Shown here one piece after another: positions 30,790-40,608 of a DNA stretch of 64,000 bases; within the stretch, counting starts at the first letter, position 1; each line of letters opens with the position of its first letter. This DNA is from Azolla caroliniana (taxonomy: Eukaryota > Plantae > Polypodiophyta): positions 17,794,001-17,858,000 of the forward strand of contig JBHGNT010000005.1 of NCBI GenBank assembly GCA_043228905.1. Direction: 5' to 3'. The notes beneath the pieces are model-generated. The model saw nothing but the letters and a program-made list of their open reading frames with translations, was not told where the DNA came from and ran no database searches. Both the position numbers and the translations under genes were made by a program.

Positions 30790-33700
30790 TTACATAGCAA
30801 TCAAATCGTCAATGCCATTTTCTTCATCATCCTGTATAGAAGTCTCTTCGGCTATACATGCATTGGCTTCCCCTGTTAGCCGAGCCAACGAAATATCTTC
30901 TATAAGCTCATCATCAAGCTCTATTAGCTCCCCCGATTCCTCGGCTAACGGAGGAATAGGCTCTTGCGAAGCAGGTTGAAACCTTTCTGTATCAGCGAGG
31001 TTCTTTGCACCGACCTCCTCGTCCTGGTCTGGGCACTCCCACAAAGCCTTAATCCTCATGTTTATAAATATAACCTGCTCCTCGTCCTTCTCCAATGCAA
31101 CCCTGTTTCTAAAGAGCTTCAATGCACATGCAGACGTCGTTCCTGTGAAGAAAGTAACAAGAAGAATTAGTTCTCAAACAAAAAAGATTCGGTATTGGTT
31201 ATCTCAAGATTGTTACCCTAGTTCGAGGAATACCTGTGCCAGAAAAGAGATCTAATATCCAGTCTCCTTCGATAGAAAATATCTCGATCAAGCGCATCAT
31301 AAGTCGTTGAGGTTTTTGGTATGGGTTGACAAGTTCCCGTTCTGTCATGGTGACATGTCGCAATTTCCGTGTCACTGCTGGATATACCAGCAGATTTGAA
31401 CCTCCCACATCATTAGAATGCTCCTTGATTCTTTGTTTCTTAATTTCATCGAAGTAGCCAACCGTGATGTATTCAATCGCATTAACGAACCGAAAGGTTG
31501 GCCCTCTATTTACATTGGTTTTTATCCTATAAAAAATATTACACCGAGTTAAGAATAGATTGAACAATCTTAAGAAAGGCAATATAGTGAATGAGACCTA
31601 TAAATAATCCTTACCATGCAAGATTCTCGATGCCATGGCAACGAGATCTCAAAGCTTGAGCTACCAAGTACCCTTGGTTCATACTATGAAAGACAACTAT
31701 TCTCCACAAGGATGCAGTCGTTAGCTCAGCAAAATCCTTGACCATCTTCTCCAACTGTTTAAACCTAAACGGTTCATCGTTGTATGATGACCCAACCATT
31801 CGAAATCCGTAAGGAATATCCGCAATCATTAGCGTATATTCCTTCTTTGGCACTTTTTGGATCATGTCAACGACATCGCCGCAAACCACATTGTAGTAAA
31901 GATCTCTCGTATTATGTGGCTAAATTTTTTGAAGGAGCCATCTTCCTCCATTTCGTACGCCTTGACTAAGCGACGATCCTTTTCTTTTCTGGCTCTCTCG
32001 AGATGTGGAAGGAAGGATGTCGGGAAATCGTGTATATCCTTAACTTCTCCTTGTTTCTTGCCATGACACGGTTTCTAATAGAAGCAATAGGACATCAAGT
32101 TTTATTATACAAGCTCTACATATGATGAAAGCTTAATGAAAAACCACCATTAATAACCCAATTCTTGAATGCAATAAAATACTCCGATAACGCCTTATAT
32201 GAAGACGTTAGAGGATAATCCTCGGTCACTTGTTCCCAAGTTATACATCCAAGTTGTTTCATCATAACTTCTTGGATCTTCATGTACACCTTATGACTAT
32301 GAAATTAGAAAACGGGATTAAAACTTTCAATTGCACCATATAGACTTCAATATCAGTATTTGAAAGACTTATTGAACTTAGTGACAATTTCTTCAAGGCT
32401 TAAATCTTTGGCCACAACCCTTGACAAAATAGACACAAGAAGCTGCTCGTCCTTAATACCTTGCATCACTCTCCACAGAGACAACTTCATGTCGTTAGCC
32501 GCTTCTTCAATTGTCAAGTCAATTTTCTTGGCCGCTTGTGACTTTAATTCTAGTTGAGGGTCAACATTACATTTCTTTTGTCGTTGACCCTTGACCTCCT
32601 TATTCTCCCACATTGAGAAGATTTGATCCTGTAGGTCCCATACTTCTCCATCTCTAAAGGCCAATTGAAACCAAGACTCATATTTTCGAAGACCATCAGA
32701 CTTAACATTATCATCTACCAAAATGCCGACTTCATGCAAGCATTGACGTCGTAGGCCTGGATGTAGCTTCACACCAAACTTTTGTTTCACGTCCAAATAC
32801 TCGTGGTGGAAGAACCTTATACGCTCAATCGATGACATTTTTTGCCTATAGTCATTATCATTATTGTGGTCCCATGCCAATAGCTTTGCCTCTTTAGTTG
32901 TGAGACCCACGTAAATTTTGCACTCGACATACTTGAAGAAGAAAGTCGTTGGATGTTCTCTCACAAGTTGTCGACGTGCCTCCGCTAAATGCGATCCACC
33001 AATGACAAAGTAATTATATTGATCATGCTTTCTTATATCAAAATCTTCAATGGTTTTACATTCTTCAGGATCCACCATAACAATAAAAGGCACAATAGTA
33101 GCATGAGGATTAATTTTCATTTTTTTCTTGAGATTTTGAACATGCATTCGGTGTGGCTCTCTAATCTCATGTGGTCTTCGTCATGTTTTTTCATCAATAG
33201 CGGGCGGATGGATGTGTGTTATAGGCAAATTAAACACTTTCCCTTTCCTGACCAGTTTACGCTGCATTAACTCTCTTCGTATCTTATTCTGCTCGGATGA
33301 CAACACACCCGATGCCAGCTCAGCTCCTGGCGTCCCCTTAGTGTCCTCATCTTCATTTTCACTTGATGAGTTAGAGTCCGACATTTTGGTGGTCTTCTTT
33401 TTTGGTGGTCTTGATTGTACTTTAGATGCCCTTTTTTGGCCTTCACTAGGGAGGGCAATGGCTCCCTTAGAGTTACATGGCCTTGTATATAAGGCCTCAA
33501 GGTAACAATAAGGTTTTGTGAGCTTTCTAGATCTTTTTTGAAAGCTTCTGGCCCACAAGATTCCTTTACTAGAAGATCTTCAGAAAGGAACACTCTATCA
33601 TTACAAGTATGTTGGCCGAATCTGCATCTTCGTAGTCAAATCGTAGAATACGACCATACATAAATGGGGTTTCATTTTCAAGCTGCCCCTAGCCCTTCTT

Positions 33701-35287
33701 CTTTGCTGTATACAATACGACTTTTTTCTTGGAGTCGACGTATTGCATACACCATTCCTTGTCCGTTAGATCACGGCCAGGAAGGTCTTCATCACCAGTG
33801 GCTGCTAATAGTTTCTTTTTGCTAACCTCAATGGGTGGTTGAGATTTTGTCTCCTTGTTGAAGAGTAGTTTTTTTCCTCTCTTCATGTTCTCAGGAGCTA
33901 TTAGGGTTTGTGTTTCAATTGGAGAACCATGTATGTGGAGTTTTATCTTCTTCACAAGTCGGTCCGACAAGTTCTCAAACGACCTATTTAAGAAAGGACA
34001 TGCAAAAACATAAGTTAGGTGGTCACGTGGATTAAGGTTGTATATTAAAATACAAATAATTAGATGAAGAAATAAATTAGGAGGCGATTGGTGGTAAACT
34101 ATAAATATCAATCATGCATTGAGTGAACATGGTAGTCCTTTATTCAGAAATCCATTCTAGTAAGGGCTATTCAACTTAGAAAATATATATCTTAATAAGT
34201 ATACAAGGATATATATTGTCTTGAAGGGTAGGTATGGCTTATATTGATTCCATATGCATATTCTAGAGAATTTGCATATGGTAGACTTGAATTTGGTATC
34301 GTAAAGGTAATTTGTGGGTTCTTTTCTACTATTTTAAGCTATACTAGGTCATAAAACCTCTATAATTAAGGCCCCTATTTGTTACAAAATAAGGCAAATC
34401 ACCCTAAAAAAAGACTGATTTTGACAGAAAGTTTGATATCTTTTCACACAATACTAAATTGTTGCCCCAAAGACACAATATTCCTCTTTAAAGTTCTTGT
34501 TTTATATAGGAACTCGATACGCCATATCGTGTTCCTGTATATAGTTCGTGTCTATACATGAAATTGATGCAGGGTATCGAGTTCGTGTATCAAACACATA
34601 CTTTACACAGGAACATCGTATTGAGTTCCTATATAAAACAAGAACTTTAACTCGATACGCCGTATCGAGTCCATGTATAAAACACAAACATAATACAGGA
34701 GCTCGATACGTTGTATCGAGTTCCTCTGTAAAAGAGTTACATAACATAGGAACTTGATACGCCGTATCGAGTTCCTGTTTAAAACGCACACTATATACAA
34801 GAAAATACAAATTGTGTACAGGAACTTGATACGGCGTATCTAGTTCCTGTATAATGTTTGTGTTTTATATAAGAACTCGATACGGCATATCGAGTTCCTC
34901 TTTAAAACAACAACTTTAAACAGGAACTCGATACGCCGTATCGAGTTCCTGTATAAAACACAAACATTATACAGGAACTCGATACGCCGTATCGAGTTCC
35001 TGTTTAAAACGCAAACATAATACAAGAACTCGATACGGCGTATCGAGTTCCTCTTTAAAACAAAAACTTTAAATAGGAACTCGATACGCCGTATCGAGTT
35101 CCTATATAAAACCTAAACTTCACACAAGAACTCAATACGCCGTATCGAGTTCCTGTATAAAGTTTGTGTTTTATACAGGAACTCGATACGGTGTATCAAG
35201 TTCCTGATGCTAAAACTTTTTTACAAAAATGTCCACAGTGTCAGAGGCTTACCTGGAGTCATGGCGCTCGATTTTCTTTGAAGACAT
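30790..35287 (-). pseudogene. Spliced ParB/Srx-like domain + beta-class N6A/N4C DNA methyltransferase fusion, disabled; exons approx. 35287-35253, 33983-32369, 32297-32159, 32075-31615, 31526-31234, 31142-30790
   Basis: CGD...LMIADIPYG (motif IV), W.K.N, NPYQKPQRLMMRLIEIFSIEGDWILDLFSGTG|TTSACALKLFRNRVALEKD (motifs X, I, II). Upstream ParB-like PFIVMV...YFVIGGSH..EARRQL...EAKLLAWDHN...MSSIERIR. Introns 35252-33984, 31614-31527 and 31233-31143 are GT-AG and in phase. Stops at 33689 and 33181 plus frameshifts. Confidence 0.85.
34508..35205. repeat. Array of 14 palindromes AGGAACTCGATACG-N-CGTATCGAGTTCCT with 22-bp AT-rich spacers (51-bp period)
   Basis: Units start at about 34508, 34558, 34609, 34649, 34697, 34748, 34820, 34871, 34922, 34973, 35024, 35075, 35126 and 35177. 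Confidence 0.97.
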
Positions 35288-36067
35288 GGTTGATATTTGC
35301 CGATTTTTAGGCGGAGATCTCGCTTTCGTGCTTCGTGCTCTGTGTTTTGCGTGACTAAAATATGACGAGGTCTTCCTATTTATAGGGATTCACCACAGTG
35401 GTTAAAGTAACCACAATCACTTTAACCAGGGTTGGCAAGCTTGAGGTTAGTTAGTTAGTAACCACAGTCACTTTAACCAGAGTTACTTATGATTGCATCA
35501 ATGATTACAAAGTCAAACTAACATATTGATGAATATTTTATAGTCAAAATAACTTACAATGACTTTGAAGGTCATGAAGGAAACAATGATAGAGGTTCAT
35601 GAATGAACCAATGATTGATTACTGAGAGCAACATTTTTATGACTCTTAATTACTTTGTATTAAAGATGTGGGCATGAATGAACTAATGATTGAAAAGTCT
35701 TATATTTAAAATGGTGGGCATGAATGAACCAATGACTGAGAAGTTCTATATTAAATATGGGTGCCATTAATTAACCAATGATTTTAACTTTAATCCAACA
35801 TATATATGGCTTGGTAATGATTGTAATTATATTATAGTTGATTTAACTTCATACAGACTAGTTTAAGTAATTATTAATATGTTGAATACAATTATTATAT
35901 TAAAAATAATATTTTTTTACGTATGGTATTAATATAATATTAAATAATATAGACATTATATTGAGGGAACTTCTGTTTAGAGAGGAGTTTATGTTTAGAG
36001 AGGAGCTTATTAGTTTTTGACTTAGCCTAAGCACATAACTTAAAGAGCCGTGTGTGGACCTTAAGCC
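35288..36067. promoter_or_regulatory. Putative bidirectional promoter between the methyltransferase and transposase genes
   Basis: Minus-strand TATAAATA at 35377-35384; direct repeat GTAACCACA(A/G)TCACTTTAACCAG at 35407 and 35458; AACCAATGA (CCAAT) motifs near 35606, 35727 and 35773. Confidence 0.55.
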
Positions 36068-38834
36068 ATGAGTGAAGATTCACCGTTCTCGATTGAAGAA
36101 TATTGTTTGTCATCAGACTCTTCATTTTCTACCGAAGAGTATTGTTTGTCGACAGACTCGCCATTTTCTATTGAAGAATATTGTCTATCGACAGACTCAC
36201 CATATTCTATCAAAGAGTATTGTCTAAGCTCATCTTCACCTACAACGAATGTGAATAATGACACATGTGAAGAGTTCTCTATTGAAGAATACGGTATTAA
36301 GATACGGAGAATGAAGGTAGTGCTAATGAAACATCGAATATCATGGGTGATGGTCACAACAAAGAATTGGATAGTGACAACTTCTATGCAGGAAGAGAAA
36401 TCTGGAAGCCCTATGCATATTAGAAGAATCCCACGAAGAATTCGTCTAGCTATATTTAACTTGGTGACATCAAATAAACATATTGGATTTGATGTCAACA
36501 AAATATGTTGTGCCCGTGGTTGTATGTCTATGATTGGAAAATCAAAGTTGCGAGAATTACGACGATACTATTTTTTGATGACTGGTGATGAGCAAGACAC
36601 TTACCTCGGGTCACATATGCAACTAGTGTCGGACAAATGTACGGGGATCAAAGTATCATTCGAGTATTATATCTTCCATGTGCAATAGGTAGAGTTGCAT
36701 TCAAAATTGCGTTATGTGTTAGTAACATTCGGCTACATAGAGTACAACAAGGTCTACTTAGCGGGGATTAGATGCTCAATTGTAAAGAGTTTCCAAGTAT
36801 GAAAGGTGCAATTGGAAGACATGCTATTGGTTGGATGAAAAGTTACTTTCAGTTAAATTGTGAAGTAATGCCCACTATAGGTAGGATGCACCTCTCTGAT
36901 AATTACACATGTCGGGAAGTTTATGATGTCTATCGATTTGATATGGTGAGCTCACGTAATAAGTTTGTCACATATAGCCAATTCACAAGATTATGGAGAG
37001 CTCGGTTTTCAAATGTTATCATTCCACGTAAAGTACGCATAGGGTATTGCTCCATTTGTGCAAATCTTAAAAGTTTGGCTAAAGGTGCAAAGACATCAAT
37101 GGAAACGGATATGAGTAAGAAGTTACTACAAGAGCATCGTGAGGCACAATCGTTAGAATGAAAGAAGGCGATGCATCATAGAGAGAAGTGTTTGAAGAGG
37201 CCTGAACAATACATGTGCTTAATGATAGATGGCATGGACCATAAGAAGACGTGCTTGCGGCATATGCGGAGGCTCCCCAAAGACGTCAATGATGAGTGCC
37301 TTGTTCAAATGCACTTGGTGGGATGCTTGACTTATAATAGGTCAGTTGGACCTCACATCTTCATTACATACCCCAATGTTCAGAATGACCCTAACCTGAT
37401 AGTTACAGTGATTCACCGAGTTTTGATGTCTTGGGGCCAACCTTTCCCCCCTATTCTATACATTCAATTGGACAATACTGCTAGAGAGAACAAAAATTCA
37501 AATGTGTTTGGCTATCTAAGTATGTTGGTCAACCAAAGATTGTTTAGAAAAGTGAAAGTCAATTTTCTTTTGGTTGGCCACACACATGATTATATAGATC
37601 AGATGTTTAACACATTCTCTAGACAGTTGTCTTGGCATGATACTTTCACATTACCTAAACTATTTGATGTCATTTGTGATGCATATACACCACGCCCAAA
37701 AGTGTTACACTTGAAGGAGGTATATGACTTTAAGAGATATATATCAGATGGGGGTGTTGGGAATGTTAAAGTGCTTGCCCAGTTAAACAATATAAGCTTC
37801 AATCACATTTTTATGATAAAGAAAAATGAAATAAGTGGTTCTACACTTTTGTATGCTAAACAATATTCATCTTCTACAACATGGGAACCTGAAGGTGGTT
37901 GCCAGTTATTACTTTGTATGCTGAGTACAATTGTCCATGGAGCTAAGCAAATGCCAATTGAGAAGAAAGGACAGTTGCAGAGTGACTTGGTATCGGAACA
38001 AAAATGGTTATGGCTTCAATCCTTAGAAGAAAAAAGAAAGCATATTGAGGCCGCCAAGAAATATGCTGCACAACAAGACACATCATGGTGGGATGTATTT
38101 TATAGTGATAAAAAAGGAATTATAGACAATTGTGTATTTGGTGATAATTGGAATTTGGAAACACCATTCACATGGTCGCTGCAACATGATCGTGTAAATA
38201 GAACTCCGGAGCACCAGCAAATGCGATTAATGATAGTTTGGTCCATTCACAACAAAGAGACATTTATGTGGGACCAAGGATGACCAAAGTAGTCGAAGCT
38301 AGATGGCAAGGCAATTTGCAAGAGCTCACGGCGGGGATGTTGATTGCAACGCCGACTGATGAGAACTCACATGGCCAACAATTTTGGGTTGGTAAAATTC
38401 TAGAAGTGTTAATGCATGAAATAGAAAACACGATCAAGTCTATAAACATTCATTGGTACAACACTAGAAGTGCAAATGCTTTTACAGGCAAGTATACATT
38501 GGAGATGATTGAATGCCCAACAAGAAGGGGAGGTAGGAAGAGGAAGCGAAACATTCGTAACACCTCGACCCTTGATATCTCTGATGTGGATATCATTGTG
38601 TACGACTTCACACTTACAAAAGCCGGACGATTAAGGAAGTCAATAATAGATATAATAAAAGAAAAATTACCAGGTCTACAAGGTGGCTCCAGTCAAAGGC
38701 AAACGAGATCTGCTACATATAATCTAGAGTCAAACCATTTGGTTTATGATGAAGATAATGCATTGATTGGTACATCCAAGGATGACGAGGAGGAATCGTC
38801 ATTGTATATTAGTTATAGTAGTGATTCTCCGTAA
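36068..38834 (+). pseudogene. Sola1-like DDD transposase broken by stops and frameshifts, with N-terminal 13-aa repeats and a C-terminal BAH-like region
   Basis: ORF pieces 36068-36688, 36772-37161, 37171-38283, 38238-38834. CSIC zinc motif; IDGMD, QLDNTARENKN, FLLVGHTHDYIDQMF catalytic motifs; lies within the TIRs. Confidence 0.82.
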
Positions 38835-39174
38835 AGGAATGATCATGAATGTATTTTTGGCTATTAAGTGTAACTACATTCCGCTTGTAACAAATCGAGT
38901 AATATAAAAGCATGTGTTTTGAATTCTTATGATTTCTAAAAAATCGTTTCTTATAAAATTATATTGGTTGTAAAGTTTGTGATATAAATTGAGAATGTAA
39001 CTTCTAAATCATGAAAATAGTGGATTTGTAACTTTTTTCATAGTATGTTTGAACATCTATGATACTGGTATTAATGTGTTTTGTAAAATCATTGAAAAAG
39101 CCCTAAAATCAACCAAAAATTTCCTTATCCTTCCATTTATGTGCGATGCTTCCACTTGTGAACGCAAATGTGTT

Positions 39175-39480
39175 AAATGATGGTAAGAATAGATTGTTTA
39201 TTTCAGAGGTTCGTGCTAATGAGGTGGATAGGAGTAAATTGTATGGTTGTAAAACCGTGAAATGGACGCGGAAGACCCATTGTGTTTTAGGGTTTAGTTG
39301 CAAGGACACAACACAATTGTTATTCCGCAGTTTATCGTGCTTTTGTTCCATGTGTTTAGATGAAGCTTGGGATGAATGCACCAATCTATCGATTGTGGAG
39401 CCATAGAAACTACATAAGCTTGAGATAGAACAATGTGTGGAACATTAAGACAATATTGTCTACTGGGTGAAAGCATGCGA
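39175..39480 (+). pseudogene. C-terminal continuation of the interrupted Sola2-like transposase
   Basis: DGKNRLFISEV...TVKWTRKTHCV...RSLSCFCSMC...C is in frame with 29516-29702 once the inner element is removed. Confidence 0.8.
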
Positions 39481-39796
39481 GTGGAAACAATTAGCTATGT
39501 CCTTGACATAGCTAATTAGATATGCAAAAGCTACCATTGATAAATAGTCATTTTTTGCAAAAAGCTACCATTGATAAATTAGCTATGCAAGCTACCATTG
39601 AAAGTAGTAGAGAGTTTTAATTATATAAATGAGCACCATAAATGTGCAACATAAACGTGCAATATAAATTGATATGTGCACCATAAATTATATACCGAAT
39701 TCCTAGGTCCATTATGCGTGATCCTTTGCCACATCACGTGGGCCATCTCTGGTTGAGTATTTTGGCTTAGATTACTACCACTGTTGCTAAACTCTA

Positions 39797-40608
39797 TCGA
39801 GTCCACTCCTCCATTCCCGCCATTCTACACCTAGTTACCGGCACTGTGCGGTCCAAATATCATCTGCCACTGTTCGATCCGACGGAGTTCACTCCTCAGT
39901 TGCCGCCATTCTACACTCAGTTGCCGCCACTGTTCAGTCCAAGCATCATCTGCCAAGTTCACTCCTCCATTGCCGCCATTCTACACTCAGTTGCCACCAT
40001 TGTTCAGTCTAAGCATCATCTACCAAGTTCACTCCTCCATTGCCGCCACTCTACACTCAGTTGCCACTACTGTTTGGACGTGTATTGCCGCCACTTTTTG
40101 ATTCGAGGGAGTTCACTCCCTCACTGTTGCCATTGTACTCTCAGTTGCCGTCACTGTGCGTTCCAAGCATCATCTACCACTGTTCGATCTGACGGAGTTC
40201 ACTCCTCCATTGCCATCATTCTACACTCAGTTGCCGCTATTGTTTGGTCCTGGATTGCTGCCACTTTTCGATTTGACGGAGTTCACTCATCCATTGCCAT
40301 CATTCTACACTCAGTTGCCGCTACTATTCGGTCATGTATTGCTGCCACTTTTCAATTCGAAGGAGTTCACTCCTTCTCCACTATTATCATTCTACTCTCA
40401 GTTGTCATCATGTGCGTTCCAAGCATCATCTGCCATTGTTCGATCCGACGGAATTCACTGCTCCATTGCCATCATTCTACACTCAGTTGCCGCCATTGTT
40501 CGGTCCTAGATTGCCACAACTGTTCGATCAAACGGAGTTCACTCCTCCACTGCCGCCATTCTACACTCAATTGCCGCCATTATTCGGCCCTAGATTACCG
40601 CCATTGTT
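39797..40608. repeat. Tandem array of about 70-86-bp units, about 10 copies
   Basis: Core GAGTTCACTCCTCCATTGCCGCCATTCTACACTCAGTTGCCGCCACTGTTC. Confidence 0.92.

Larger units (their letters stand above)
29703..39174. mobile_element. 9472-bp TIR DNA transposon (Sola1-like) carrying a transposase and a ParB-like/DNA-methyltransferase gene
   Basis: 36-bp TIRs 29703-29738 and 39139-39174 (31/36 match); AAAT at 29699-29702 and 39175-39178. Removing the element restores the host frame WKMSN-DGKNRLF. Confidence 0.9.

Noticed and set aside
34379-35025. Short ORFs on both strands over the palindrome array
   Set aside because: By-products of the repeat.
34508-35205. CRISPR array
   Set aside because: Spacers are homologous to each other and only 22 bp, no cas genes are present, and the array lies in a spliceosomal intron.
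30790-35287. Bacterial contamination as source of the methyltransferase
   Set aside because: The gene has in-phase GT-AG introns and sits inside a TIR element nested in plant sequence.
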